NCBI GenBank assembly: GCA_000146045.2
Contig: BK006936.2
Location: 352,001-416,000 of the forward strand
DNA: 64,000 nt
Direction: 5' to 3'
Source of the DNA: TPA_inf: Saccharomyces
Taxonomy: Eukaryota
Shown here piece by piece: positions 34,286 through 46,613 of this stretch (within the stretch, counting starts at the first letter, position 1; every line of letters begins with the position of its first letter). A program made the translations under genes and the position numbers. The notes beneath the pieces were generated by a model that searched no databases, had not been told where the DNA came from, and was given only the letters and a program-made list of their open reading frames with translations.

Positions 34286-37216
34286 ATGAAATTAAAAAGT
34301 GTATTCAGATCAGTTCTAAAGTACCGGAAAACAAATTTGAGTTTGCTTCTATTAATCACCTATTCGATTATTACGTTACTCTATATCTTTGATCATGAAC
34401 GTTATAAACTCAATCTACCAAAAGAGGATGAGCACCCTGAATTCAATGACTTATTAGAAACAGCATGGGGGGACTTACAGATTATCACGGCCTCTTTTCA
34501 TCCGTACACGTCCAAAGAAAATGATAAAGTACATGATTACTTGCTCAAAAGGGTTCTTGAAATTACAGGGAATTCTTCGTTTGCAAGTGTTTCAGATGAC
34601 AAAGAAAGCGAGAGATCCATATTATTTCAGCAACAAGATCCTTTCAATGAGTCATCTAGGTTTTCGAGAGTGACATATTTTGAATCTTCTAATATATTAG
34701 TTAAGCTTGAGGGTAAAAATCCTGAGGAAGAAGGGTTACTTCTTTCAGCTCATTTCGACTCTGTACCCACAGGATATGGAGCTACCGATGACGGCATGGG
34801 TGTAGTGTCTTTACTAGCGAACCTCAAGTACCATATAAAGCACAGACCGAACAGGACTTTAATTTTCAACTTTAATAATAATGAAGAGTTTGGCCTACTA
34901 GGTGCATCAACTTATTTTGATCACTCATGGTCTAATTTAACCAAGTATGTGATAAATTTAGAGGGAACTGGTGCTGGTGGTAAAGCTGTACTGTTCCGAA
35001 CTTCAGATACTTCAACAGCAAGAATATACCAACAGTCTGTTAAGGAAAATCCATTTGGTAACTCTATCTACCAGCAAGGTTTTTATAGCAGATATGTCAG
35101 GAGTGAGACAGACTACAAGATTTACGAAGAAAATGGCATGAGAGGCTGGGATGTCGCATTCTACAAACCGAGAAACCTTTATCATACCATAAAGGATTCA
35201 ATACAATATACCTCCAAGGCATCTTTATGGCATATGCTACATACTTCCTTACAATTAAGTGCATATGTGGCTTCTAATTCATTGGATACAGCTGACCAAA
35301 CGCCGGCTTGTTATTTTGATTTTATCGGTTTGAAGTTTTTCGTTATAAGCGCTAAAACGCTTTTCTATTGGAACTGCATATTTCTATTAGTTTCACCCGT
35401 TGTGGCCATTGGCTTGTATTTAATTTCTCGTGATAGAATGACTTGGAAATCTTATTCATGGCTATCGTGGACACGCTTTCCTCTTTCATTAGCCGCTGGT
35501 ATTATTGTCCAAAAGCTTTTCTCTAACGACATAATTCGTTCCAATCCTTTGACGTTCTCAAGGAACTACTTTTGGCCTATCTCGGCTTTTTTCACTCAAG
35601 TAATTTTTACCAGTTATGTTCTGATTAATTGCTCCAATTTTTTTTTCCCCTGTGCCGATATGAAAAGCCTATCAATTATCGAATTGTTCATTATTTTATG
35701 GACCATTTTACTTTTTACGTCGAAGTTATTGTATAGTTCCGACTATAGGTATACCGGGCTTTATCCTCTCTCGATTTTCTTTCTTCTGAGCACAATAGCT
35801 GCTATATTGAGACTACTTGCACTAGCGTTGGGAATGAGAACAAGGAAGAGGCTTGGTAGAGAATGTAGGGACCATCACTCCAATTACAGCTCCCATTCTC
35901 AAATAGATATGGAACGAGACGGTCAGGAAAACTTGGAACAACCCCAAGATCAACTTACATCGTCACAAGACGATCAAGCAAGTATCCAAGATGATAATGT
36001 GTCAACTACTTCAGCTGGCCCATCACATAATGTTGACGAGGATCATGGTATGGATTCATCGTCACAACAACATGATGAAAGGGTACCATTACTGAAGGGG
36101 TCTAATAGCATGGAGGAAGGATTGAGTACTAGAGAAAATTCTCTAAAACTTGAGTATACCGATTATGCCTGGATCATTCAATTTTTGCTAATTGTACCAA
36201 TACCATCATTTATTTTGTTTAACAGTGTGGATGTTATCATGGACGCACTAAACCATACTGTCCAGGAAGGAAGTAAGGCTACATTTGATGTACTCAGGTT
36301 CGGAATGGTGGGCAGTATTTTGATCGCGCTACCAATTTTACCTTTTTTCTATAAGGTCAACTATATCACAATTTCTTTAACTGCACTGCTTTTCTTGATT
36401 TCCGCATCCAAAACGCTCCTAGTGCACCCCTTTACCAATAGTAACCCATTAAAAGTAAGGTTTTCTCAAAATATTGATTTGTCTCAAGGGAACGCTGCCA
36501 GTGTACATGTCCTTGGAAGAGAAGGAAATTTTTTAAAACCTATGCTGCAAGATTTACCAAGTATAAAATATAGCTCTACACATATTAACTGTACTTCCGT
36601 AACCAATGGAATGGAACTTTGTATGTATGATGGAATGCAACCTAATTTATTGAGCACGAATGGAAATACGAACATCAGCAGTATGGTCAAGGTTCATGTT
36701 TTACATAATAACCGAAACTCAACAGAGAGATCTCCTTACGAACCAATAGTTGCAGAGTTACTTTTGGAGGTGAAGGAGAACAGGGCTTGCACTTTAACTT
36801 TTGAAAGTAGACATCAGGCGAAGTCACCTGTCAGAGAAATCACGGTATATCAAAAGAAAAATTCGGCCCCACAGAAAGCTAATATCACGAAGACGATCAA
36901 GTCTGCTTCTGGCATAAACGAACTGCAATTGCATAAACTTGATTTCGATCAGGAAACTTACCATATCGGAGTCCAGTGGTTTCCAAAACTTTTGACGGAT
37001 GGAAATGTAGAGGATGACAAGTTGGGGACAAAAGACGAACTGTCTGTTTCTATTAGCTGTTATTGGGGAGAATATGATTCGGAATCGGTTGTAAATGGTA
37101 CCGCTGTTAGGAAAATTCCAGCATTTGATGAATTGATAAATTACGCACCTCTAAGTTTTTCCTTTACCAACGAACAGAAAGGATTAGTTATTGTCAAGGA
37201 TGCTATAATTTTATAA
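34286..37216 (+). CDS. PFF1: PFF1 (YBR074W), vacuolar-membrane M28-family metalloprotease, multi-pass, 976 aa
   Basis: The ATG is at 34286. The protein has an N-terminal TM segment, an M28 peptidase domain (HFDSVPTGYGATDDGMG) and multiple TM segments. Confidence 0.92.
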   Translation: MKLKSVFRSVLKYRKTNLSLLLLITYSIITLLYIFDHERYKLNLPKEDEHPEFNDLLETAWGDLQIITASFHPYTSKENDKVHDYLLKRVLEITGNSSFASVSDDKESERSILFQQQDPFNESSRFSRVTYFESSNILVKLEGKNPEEEGLLLSAHFDSVPTGYGATDDGMGVVSLLANLKYHIKHRPNRTLIFNFNNNEEFGLLGASTYFDHSWSNLTKYVINLEGTGAGGKAVLFRTSDTSTARIYQQSVKENPFGNSIYQQGFYSRYVRSETDYKIYEENGMRGWDVAFYKPRNLYHTIKDSIQYTSKASLWHMLHTSLQLSAYVASNSLDTADQTPACYFDFIGLKFFVISAKTLFYWNCIFLLVSPVVAIGLYLISRDRMTWKSYSWLSWTRFPLSLAAGIIVQKLFSNDIIRSNPLTFSRNYFWPISAFFTQVIFTSYVLINCSNFFFPCADMKSLSIIELFIILWTILLFTSKLLYSSDYRYTGLYPLSIFFLLSTIAAILRLLALALGMRTRKRLGRECRDHHSNYSSHSQIDMERDGQENLEQPQDQLTSSQDDQASIQDDNVSTTSAGPSHNVDEDHGMDSSSQQHDERVPLLKGSNSMEEGLSTRENSLKLEYTDYAWIIQFLLIVPIPSFILFNSVDVIMDALNHTVQEGSKATFDVLRFGMVGSILIALPILPFFYKVNYITISLTALLFLISASKTLLVHPFTNSNPLKVRFSQNIDLSQGNAASVHVLGREGNFLKPMLQDLPSIKYSSTHINCTSVTNGMELCMYDGMQPNLLSTNGNTNISSMVKVHVLHNNRNSTERSPYEPIVAELLLEVKENRACTLTFESRHQAKSPVREITVYQKKNSAPQKANITKTIKSASGINELQLHKLDFDQETYHIGVQWFPKLLTDGNVEDDKLGTKDELSVSISCYWGEYDSESVVNGTAVRKIPAFDELINYAPLSFSFTNEQKGLVIVKDAIIL

Positions 37217-38226
37217 TTCTAATTAGTTTTAAATGTAAATTTTTATAAACTCAAATTCGCCTACTGGGGGAGTTGTCCAAAGGCTTCGCTTCTTCCCACA
37301 AGAAGAACAAAATAATAAAAAATATTTTGAGAAATTTTTCGTAACAAAAGGAAAAACTATTGAGTTTAACTTATGAATGTACTTTACTGGCCAAGAATCC
37401 GTCTGGAACCATTCTACGGTGCTCTCTTCGTAGCGCTAAAGACAGCTATAGTGGATATTCAGACGGTATTGAAAATCACTAATGATATCAGTTAACAAAG
37501 TAAGAAACATGTTTCGTCAGATAAGTTCTACACTGCTGCAAGTGCATACAATGCTCGTTTTTATAAAGTCCTAAATTATATAACCCTCCAGTAACTATTA
37601 GAAAATAGCACGCAATAATGCTAGCGATATACAAATAACCTGTAAATCTATATATTTATTAAGTATAAAGATAATGGTCTTGGAAATGGTTCTTCAGGGA
37701 TTGTGATTGACTATAGCCGGATATCGTTTGGATCAAGAGCTTGGTTAAGCGGATATTTAAGTTATTTTAATATATCGCTTTGTCCAAAAGCAAGTTTTGG
37801 AGGTGGGATCTCAATTTACACGATACAGTATTAACCAAATCTTGATAGCAAAAAAATGCAAAATATCGTATAAGTGAAGGCAAAGCATTGTCCAATGTAA
37901 GGTTCTGTGCCGCCCTTCCCTTTTTTGAAAGCTGCTAGATATCATTGTTACCCTTTTTAATTTCTACGCTATTCTCGGACGTCATAATTTTATAGTTACT
38001 GACACTAAAAAAAGGGTCGTACGTCTTACTGGCAGCGCCGAAAAATGTTTCGAAAATACACCTTAACACATTGAAGTAGTGATGATTTCATAAAAAACCA
38101 CAAGAATTTGTTCGCTAATACATTAATTCGGTACTAGACTTTATTGACTCGTATATTTCTAACGAATAAATCACCCACTCTTGCTATCCTAACAGTATTT
38201 AATATTAGCTATTTAAAAGCCTTAAG

Positions 38227-39291
38227 ATGGACTATGGCTACTTTTTTCCCGCACAACGTATTGAAGAAACAAATGGTGTGGATTTTTGGATAGACAGTAA
38301 TGCTGAATTTACACAGTCTAAAAGACCTGACTCTTCAACATCCACTCTTTCGAGGGTTTTAACGGACACCACGAATGTATCCAATAATAGTGGATCACTC
38401 AAAAGAAAAACCATCAAGAACAAAATATTCCCACAAAGGAAAATATTCAACGATAGCGAAAATTTTGACTTTGGTAAAGCCAACACTGATTGTAAGCATG
38501 TGTTTAAAAGTATTTCTAAGCAACTGATTTTTCTTCCAAGGTGTTTCCAACATCACAGTATCCGAGGCTGGATGAAAGACAGATACTCCGAATTTGGTTA
38601 TAAAATAAAAAGAAATCAAAATTGTCCCCCCTCAGCATGTGTACAGGCACTATACAATACTAGTAGATCCAATACCGAAGAGTCAAACCCCAACAGTCTG
38701 GATTCTCTGATAATGTATAAATACATGCGATACTCTGAAAAGAAAAAGGAATTGATGTGCAGATTTTGCCAGGGGAATAATTGGATTCTAGCTGAAAACT
38801 ACCTAAAACATTTATTCTTTGCGCACGGCATTTTGTCTGAATTTAAGCCTCACACTTTATACCATTTCGAGTCTAAGCTGTTAAAAATCCAGGGAAAACT
38901 TAATTTCAAAATTCAAGTATTAAAAGAGCCAGAGTTTAGCAAAAAAATTTTGAACTCTCTTACTGTATCCATCATTCCCTCTCCTTTGGCCTACTACACT
39001 CAAACGTTGAACGGGGGATTTAGGAGAATCCATGTGAAATGCCCCCACTGCGAAAATTGGATCCGTTTGGGTTGGTGTGAATACGATGAAATCATTAGGG
39101 ATTCCTTTCAGGATTTCGAGTCTCTAAGAAACCTCAATGCTGATTATAATGGGATGTCGTATATTCAAACACGCAATAGAGAAGACATTGAAGGTATATA
39201 CGAGAATTATTTTACACACTACATCCAATGCGACTTAGCCACGTTCCGAACGAAATGTTTATATGTCCAAGTTATAACAAAAAGCAATTGA
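38227..39291 (+). CDS. ECM8: ECM8 (YBR076W), protein of unknown function, 354 aa
   Basis: The ATG is at 38227. The 354-aa length and the position match the gene order. Confidence 0.85.
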   Translation: MDYGYFFPAQRIEETNGVDFWIDSNAEFTQSKRPDSSTSTLSRVLTDTTNVSNNSGSLKRKTIKNKIFPQRKIFNDSENFDFGKANTDCKHVFKSISKQLIFLPRCFQHHSIRGWMKDRYSEFGYKIKRNQNCPPSACVQALYNTSRSNTEESNPNSLDSLIMYKYMRYSEKKKELMCRFCQGNNWILAENYLKHLFFAHGILSEFKPHTLYHFESKLLKIQGKLNFKIQVLKEPEFSKKILNSLTVSIIPSPLAYYTQTLNGGFRRIHVKCPHCENWIRLGWCEYDEIIRDSFQDFESLRNLNADYNGMSYIQTRNREDIEGIYENYFTHYIQCDLATFRTKCLYVQVITKSN

Positions 39292-39804
39292 TTGTGTACG
39301 CAAGATATTAAAAATAAATGATCATATAACAAATCAAACAAAATTTGCCGCTAGTAACGAACTAAACGATTACGAGACGGCTGATAAATACTAATATTCA
39401 CCATCCTAGCGAAGAAACGCTTTAAATTTATAACGGTTACCATCCAAAATAATGAACATAAGCAGATCTGGCACCGTAGCAGCTCATTGGGGAAAAAAAA
39501 GCTGTCATGTAGGGCCCTCTGAGCATAATAAAAAAAGAAGATGCTTCCGTTCAATAACAGCGATAGGTAGATGGGGGAAAAAAAGGAGAGGAAGATGAGG
39601 CCCTTATGTACGTGCATATATATGTGCGAGTGCACGAAAGTGCACCACGGCAATCCGCGTAATCAAGCTTATGTAAATGGCGTGTCTGCGTAAACTCTGT
39701 CCCTGCGAAAATGTGTTTATTTATAGACTGTTCGCATTGTTTTTTCCAGCCCCCATCCGGAGACGCATGAAAAGGTGTGGCCTCGATACATATTGTTAAA
39801 CCCA

Positions 39805-40293
39805 TCAACCTAGCTTGTAGCCAAACAAATCAGTCAACTCTCTCATAGCTCTTTCAATTTTAATTACCAGTAGTCCGTAAGGGAAGCTACCTTCCGCAAT
39901 GAACAATAGCAAAAGGTCGCTATTGGGTATCTGTGCGACACAGGTATGTAAATCTTCCATTTCGTAAGTATATATTTTTGTCTTAAAGGAGTCGATTTCC
40001 ACAGGGTAACAGCTATTGGAGTGCTGTTCCTCAGTATCGTTTTCATCCTCTGACCACTTATCCTTAATCAATAAGCTCATCATTTTCAAGTTATTGACCG
40101 AGTTTATTTCGTTTATGGAATTTTTCGGTACATCGTTGTTTGACGTCGCATAGGACAGTATACCCCCATTAGTGGCGGTTATAATCATAGACGATTGCAA
40201 AGACGATGTCTTGAAGTCTACCGAATGCAAATCATACGGTTTCAAAGTGTTTTCCAGAAACCCTTTAACGTTTTTAGAATGGAGCATCACCAT
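39805..40293 (-). CDS. SLM4: SLM4/EGO3 (YBR077C), EGO/GSE complex subunit (TORC1 signalling), 162 aa
   Basis: The 162-aa ORF MVMLHSKNVKGFLENTLKPYDLHSVDF... starts at an ATG ('cat' at 40291..40293). Confidence 0.9.
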   Translation of the reverse strand: MVMLHSKNVKGFLENTLKPYDLHSVDFKTSSLQSSMIITATNGGILSYATSNNDVPKNSINEINSVNNLKMMSLLIKDKWSEDENDTEEQHSNSCYPVEIDSFKTKIYTYEMEDLHTCVAQIPNSDLLLLFIAEGSFPYGLLVIKIERAMRELTDLFGYKLG

Positions 40294-40569
40294 ATTGCTT
40301 CAATATTTTGGATACCGTTTGCTGCTGATAACTGCCTTTTTTTTTTCTTCTTATCTTCCCTTAATTAATTCATTAGAGTCTTTTTAGCTTATATGCCAAA
40401 TGAAGCAATTGTTTTTCTTTTTCTTCGTCTCTCTCTCCATATTCACCTGTTACCCAGAGGGCACCATTCATATCATTATCAACGTAAAATCTGCGAATTA
40501 CCGTAAACCGCAAAAAAAAAAGGATGGCGGGCAGTATCATCCTTCACGACCCGGGTGGCTGCTGCGCCC

Positions 40570-40576
40570 TCGCGAA
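40570..40576 (+). promoter_or_regulatory. ECM33: SCB-like element CGCGAAA inside a GC-rich island (40540..40700) about 550 bp upstream of ECM33
   Basis: The sequence is ccctCGCGAAAaag. ACGCG/GACGCGCC motifs lie nearby. Confidence 0.3.
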
Positions 40577-41122
40577 AAAGAAATGAAATGGAGTGCAAAA
40601 ACGGGAAAGACGCGCCACCGTTTCTGGCCCACGCGCTCATTCTCAGTGGCCAGGCACTAGAGACAGGACTGAAACCGCGTTACCACAACAAACAAAGGCA
40701 ACGTGCAGTAAACAACCATCCCTCCTGGGATCGAAATCAAAAGTACAAACCTCAGATCGAACTGAAAAATTTTCGGTAGCGTGCTTGAGCCGGTATAAAT
40801 ATTCAATGTCAAACACCTACGACTTTTCGCAATCAACGGACCTCTCTTGCATTTTTGTATTTAATATGTGAAGATCTTTCCTCTGCATTTTCTTTCCTTC
40901 TTTATCTTTCTTGGCTTTTCACCCTTTCTCTTCTTTTTAGAACATCATCTTTGAGTACTTCGGCCACTTTTAGAAAAGAAATTAAATAAAAGAGTTAATC
41001 GTTCATTCGCTTCTACACAGTTTAATCTTTTCCATTTTTCTTTCAACAAGTCCCTTTGAGCTATCAAGAATACGTTTATTTGACTTTTAAAGATCTAGTT
41101 TTAATTTTACTATTATTCCGCA

Positions 41123-42742
41123 ATGCAATTCAAGAACGCTTTGACTGCTACTGCTATTCTAAGTGCCTCCGCTCTAGCTGGTATGTACACATTCTCCTTT
41201 TTTTTCATCTTTTTTTCTTTATTTGCCTCTTTCCTCACAAATCTCGAGTAGATTCGTGGTCCTCTTCATTCTTTTCTTTTTTCTTTGTCGATTACTGGGC
41301 TTTTTTTCATAGGTCTCGATTGACGCGGACGGACAATGCGAAAAAAAAAAATTTCCAAAAGAGGAAACGGGTTTCGAGATCTCGTGAGGATGGTTTTGGA
41401 ATATTCTTCAATATTTCTGCCTGTCATAGGATTAGGGCGAGTAATGAAACAGAATAATACATGTATAAATCGATCGGGAATACTAACACTACTTTTCTTT
41501 ATCTAAGCAGCTAACTCAACTACTTCTATTCCATCTTCATGTAGTATTGGTACTTCTGCCACTGCTACTGCTCAAGCTGATTTGGACAAAATCTCCGGTT
41601 GTAGTACCATTGTTGGTAACTTGACCATCACCGGTGACTTGGGTTCCGCTGCTTTGGCTAGTATCCAAGAGATTGATGGTTCCTTGACTATCTTCAACTC
41701 CAGTTCTTTATCTTCTTTCTCCGCTGACTCTATCAAGAAAATCACCGGTGATTTGAACATGCAAGAATTGATCATTTTGACCAGTGCTTCTTTCGGTTCT
41801 TTGCAAGAAGTAGACTCCATTAACATGGTGACTTTGCCTGCCATTTCTACCTTCTCCACCGATTTACAAAATGCTAACAACATTATTGTTTCTGACACCA
41901 CTTTGGAAAGTGTCGAAGGTTTCTCCACTTTGAAGAAGGTTAATGTTTTTAACATCAACAACAACAGATATCTAAACTCTTTCCAATCTTCCTTGGAAAG
42001 TGTCTCTGACTCTTTACAATTCTCTTCCAACGGTGACAACACTACTTTGGCCTTCGACAATTTGGTCTGGGCTAACAACATCACTTTGAGAGATGTTAAC
42101 TCTATTTCTTTCGGTAGTTTGCAAACTGTTAACGCTTCCTTAGGTTTCATTAACAACACTTTGCCAAGTTTGAACTTGACCCAATTGAGCAAGGTTGGTC
42201 AATCTTTGTCTATCGTCTCCAACGATGAATTATCCAAGGCCGCTTTCAGTAACTTGACTACTGTTGGTGGTGGTTTCATCATTGCTAACAACACACAATT
42301 GAAGGTCATTGACGGTTTTAACAAGGTTCAAACTGTTGGTGGTGCCATTGAAGTTACTGGTAACTTCTCAACCTTGGACTTATCTTCTTTGAAGTCTGTT
42401 AGAGGTGGTGCTAACTTCGACTCTTCTTCCAGTAACTTCTCCTGTAACGCTTTGAAGAAGTTGCAAAGTAACGGTGCTATTCAAGGTGACTCTTTTGTTT
42501 GCAAGAACGGTGCCACATCTACCTCCGTTAAGCTATCCTCTACTTCTACTGAATCATCCAAGAGCTCTGCTACATCTTCCGCTTCTTCTAGTGGTGATGC
42601 CTCCAATGCTCAAGCTAACGTTTCAGCTTCCGCTAGCTCTTCTTCCTCTTCTTCTAAGAAGTCTAAGGGTGCTGCTCCAGAACTTGTTCCAGCCACTTCA
42701 TTCATGGGTGTCGTTGCTGCTGTTGGCGTTGCCTTACTATAA
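41123..42742 (+). CDS. ECM33: ECM33 (YBR078W), GPI-anchored cell-wall/plasma-membrane protein, 429 aa, spliced. Exon1 is 41123..41180, the intron is 41181..41510, exon2 is 41511..42742
   Basis: Exon 1 encodes MQFKNALTATAILSASALA. The intron has GTATGT at 41181, TACTAAC at 41481..41487 and the acceptor CAG at 41508..41510. Joining keeps the frame (ANSTTSIPSSCSIGTS...) and gives 429 aa with a Ser-rich C-terminus and a GPI-signal-like hydrophobic tail. Confidence 0.93.
41181..41510 (+). other. ECM33: ECM33 intron, 330 nt
   Basis: Canonical GTATGT...TACTAAC...CAG. The branch point lies 24 nt upstream of the 3' splice site. Confidence 0.9.
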
Positions 42743-43382
42743 GATTAAAGCAACAATTTGTGTTTCTATTATTACTTTAATTTCTTCTCTAATGATTTCT
42801 TTACCATTCCTTTTTTATTATGAGACGGTTGGTTCATCACTGAATTTTATATGTAGATAAAATTTTAGTGTCGTTAATATCTCTTTTATTTCTTATTGTT
42901 ACTATATTATTACTGTTTTGAAGTTCCAGTTTCATCAACTTTTGCTACCTTAATTAAAAGAACCACTCAGACTTTTTACCATCCTTTAGCTTTACCTAAT
43001 ATAATGAAATTTGTCTAAGTAACATAAAAAAAAGGAGTAAAGAAAAAAAAAAAATAAGTAAATGAAATAAAATATAAAAAAATTCTTACTACGGTTTAAA
43101 ACAAAGTGCTCTTCCGCTAACGTTTCAAGTTTCTAAAGAATCGTTAGGGCCTTTTAACGGATCGCTTTTTTAAAACAGTAAAACGTTATTTATAGTTATT
43201 TATACCAACTATTTCTCGAAATTCGTTTTTAAAATAACTGCCATCTTTACTGCTCTTCTGCTCCTTCCTTTGACATGAAAAAGCAATCAGAAAGAAATAG
43301 TCTAATAAATTGTTATTATGTACACATACTCTTATACGTATAAAAAACGGTATAAATTAAGTAGATCATTTTGCGTTGTCTG

Positions 43383-46277
43383 TTACCTGCCCCCCTTGGC
43401 CAATCTCTTGGCTCTCAACTTTTCAGCCATAGTCATTTTCTTTGGACCAGAAGATGGAGTTGGGGTTGCTGGGGTTGCTGGAGTAGCTGGAGTAGCTGGG
43501 GAGGACCCACCAGCTGTTCTACCGGCTAGTCTCTGTTCGATGGCTTCTTCCATTTCTCTTTGTTTTTGAGCGATCATATCCAATTTAGCTTTATCTGGAG
43601 AAACGGTCGCCTTTGGTAGAGTGCTTGGTGTACTTGGAGGTTCCCTGTTTCCTGCGCGGAAAGAGTATGGAGTTGATTTCTTGGCAGCAGCTTCTTCGAT
43701 TTCTCTTTGTTTACGGGTAGCCTCAGCGAGTTCTTGAGCACGCTTCTGTCTTTCAGCATTTGCAATTTCTTCCTTACGCCTTGCAATGGCTTCCTCGTAA
43801 CGACGCTTACGAACTTCTTCAATTCTGGCCTTTTTGGCAGCTTCCAATTCAGCCTTCTTTTGGTTGCGGATGGCAGCTAATTCGCTTTCCTTAGTGCCCG
43901 AAACATGCTCCTTGAACTTCAAATAATCATCATAGACCATGACCAAGTTCTTACGATCAGCCATTCTGGCTTCGTATTCGGCCTTGGCGGCGTCGACAAT
44001 TTTTTTCTTCATAGCTTCATAATTTGCTGTGTCTGTTTCTTGTAGCTTGTCAACTTCTTTTTGCAGCAATGGCAATTCGACCTTTCTCAAAGCTCTTTCC
44101 GTATGATCTAACTTCTTCATAGCATATTCCATACGACTTTCCAATTCACTCTTGTTCTTTGATACCTCAGCTATAATAACCTGTTTAATGGTGTCAAGAT
44201 CTAAGCTTTTAGCTTCGTTAGGGTCAATGTAAACATGTCCCTTAGCATTCACCTCAGTAATCATCTTTGTGATTTCTCTTTCTTTGATAGCTTCAAATTC
44301 ACGTTTCTTCTTTTCAATTAAGCGACGGTGAGCCTCTTCTTCCAATTTAGCTTCAATAGCAGCTTTTTCTTCCAAAATACGCTGTTGTCTGACCTCAGCA
44401 TCCTGTTCAGCATGTAGGGCAGCATGTTCCATATGTTTTTGCTTTTGCTCTTGAGATCTCTTGACACGTTCGTCAACAATCTTGGAAATCTTTTCAAGGT
44501 CATCCTTGTTCTTCTTAATTAAAGTTTCACGGGCAATTCTAACCTTTTCCATGTATGAAGCATTGTTGAAACTGTCAACATCGTGTAGGACATTGGATAA
44601 TTCAAGCAACTTGTTGTGGATGTAAGAATTGCGGATAATAACAGGATCAGATTCTTCTTCCTTTTCTTCACCGTCTTCAGTTTCTTGTGGCCCAAGAGCT
44701 TCGTCAGTTTCCTCCTTTTCTTCTTGGACTTCTGGCTCTGTGTTTTCTTCTTCAGAGACTTCTTTAGAAGCAGTTGATGCGAAAATGTCAAATGGATCTT
44801 TAGCGAATGTAACCTTAGCAGATTCATGATCGATGGTAATTGAAACATAATCTTCCACAGCAGCTTGTAACAGCGATTTTTCGATGTCCCAAGCAGATAA
44901 GTCTAACGGAGCAGGTAGGGTAGCGAGCTTGTATAATTCGGACTGGGAGACAGTAGTGAATTTTTGAGAGGCAGCAACAAAAACCCTTCTCATAATGACG
45001 TCTCTTAAAGGTGCGATGTATTGGCTGAAGTAGGTTTTAGAAGACAATTTGACTAATAAATTTTCCAGCTGTTGTTTCACTGTGTCGACATCAAAGTTAA
45101 CTTCAATGATATCGTACAATTCTTTCAATTCCTCGTCAACTTTACCATAAATGGATTCGTCTTCAATAATGGATTGCAACATTTCCTTTCTAGTTGGCTT
45201 GGCGTCCAAGTTTAATAAACGGTACATACGTAAATGAGGATCGTAGCCAATAGATGGAATTTCGTCTAGTTGGGTAGAAATAGCGGATAGGAAAATTGTA
45301 GAAGAATATGTTTTGAATTCTTCTTCCGTGGCTCTTGGATTGGTAGAATATAACTTATAAAACTTCTTCCAGGCAGTAGTGTGCAACAATGGATCACCGG
45401 AAACAAAGAAGACCTTTACGAGATTCTCGTAGTAATTAGCCAAAGTAGATGGTTTAGGAGCACGTTTGGATATTTTCATTAAGTGGAAAACATCCTCAAT
45501 GGATCTATAAGCCTCGTGCCACAATTCCAACTTGACAGAAACATCGACTTGTTGGAAACGTTGATCTAAATAACGTTGCAAGGTATCAGCATCGCTCAAG
45601 TCAACTAAATTGTTTCCTGATTTACTTTGTTGGTAGTTAGCAGCATCTAAATGTTGACGTAACATTTCAGCTAATCTCTTGAATTCGTTTTTACGCTGAT
45701 ACTTCAAACAGAAATGCATAGTTTTTTTAACGACACCAGAATAAGTAATTTCCAACAAAGCGTTGTTTCTCAATAAATCTAAGACTGCACGATATGATTC
45801 CCAAGTAAATCTTAACCATGAAGTAATGGCTTCATCATTGAAACCAGCCACAGATTGATCTGACTCGTAAACAGAAATCAGCAAATTTTCTGGGGTAACA
45901 CCACCTTCCAAATCATCATCGATTTCTTGCTTTTGAAGTTCGTCAGCTCTAGTTTGTTCAGAAGCGATTTTAGATTCGACTAAATCAATGAATTTACGTG
46001 CAACGGCACCGACAGAAACCAAACCTTCGGTAGATCCTTGAATTAATTTTTTGTACTGGTGCAAACCGTCTTTTAGCAGCTTACCTTTCTTTAGTTCAAC
46101 ACCAATTTCCAAGAATTTAAACACGACTGGCTCAACAGTTGAAGGTGTAGCCCAACGGATTCTTCTGGCAGTTATGAAATCATGCAAAGATTGTAAAGCA
46201 GCTTGTTTTTCGCCAACAGAAATAAGTTCATCGGCTCTCTTAATGGCATTTTCAGGACGGAATGGTGGGGGGGCCAT
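43383..46277 (-). CDS. RPG1: RPG1/TIF32 (YBR079C), translation initiation factor eIF3a, 964 aa
   Basis: The 964-aa ORF starts at an ATG. It has a PCI domain, a long charged coiled-coil ([27 protein letters not shown]...) and a C-terminal [13 protein letters not shown] tract. Confidence 0.95.
43440..43500 (-). repeat. RPG1: 12-bp tandem repeats (gttggggttgct-like) encoding [13 protein letters not shown] at the eIF3a C-terminus
   Basis: Read directly: ggagttggggttgctggggttgctggagtagctggagtagctgggg. Confidence 0.8.
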
Positions 46278-46613
46278 CTTGATGTTTCCTGGGCGTTTGT
46301 ATGGTTTATTTTGGAACTCTCTCTATAGTTGTAAGTATATCTACTTTCGATTTAGTTCACCAAGAAAAATTTTTCACCTGGCAAAGCTTCTCGGGCAAAG
46401 CGACTGAAAAATTATCATCTTTACCCGGTGGGTGATAATTATGACAGGCAGATTCCAATGACAGAATAAAAGGAAAGGATGCCTTGGTTTTGATAATTTT
46501 ATAAAATTTATCACTAAAATATATACCATAGAGGAAAGAACTTGTTCACTAGATCCTTTCTGATTGGAAGGGATAAAGAATAAAAATACAAGGACATGAA
46601 AAATTTGAAATAA

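Noticed and set aside
37230-37240. Perfect 11/11 ACS match (ATTTACATTTA, minus strand) just 3' of PFF1. A second one, TTTTATGTTTT, lies at 29152..29162
   Set aside because: They are core matches only, without the GTT extension. Such matches are expected by chance every few kb in AT-rich yeast intergenic DNA.
39351-39808. 100-aa and 85-aa minus-strand ORFs between ECM8 and SLM4
   Set aside because: They are low-complexity and Phe/Ile-rich from T-tracts, they overlap each other, and they carry no domain signature. They look like dubious ORFs in the SLM4 upstream region.
40400-40871. Three overlapping plus-strand ORFs (86, 74 and 92 aa) upstream of ECM33
   Set aside because: They overlap one another in different frames inside a GC-rich island. 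More likely a compositional effect. Kept only as a note in the findings.
41572-42192. 206-aa minus-strand ORF inside ECM33
   Set aside because: It is antisense to the ECM33 coding exon and is a low-complexity mirror of the ECM33 Ser/Thr-rich codons. It has no independent support.
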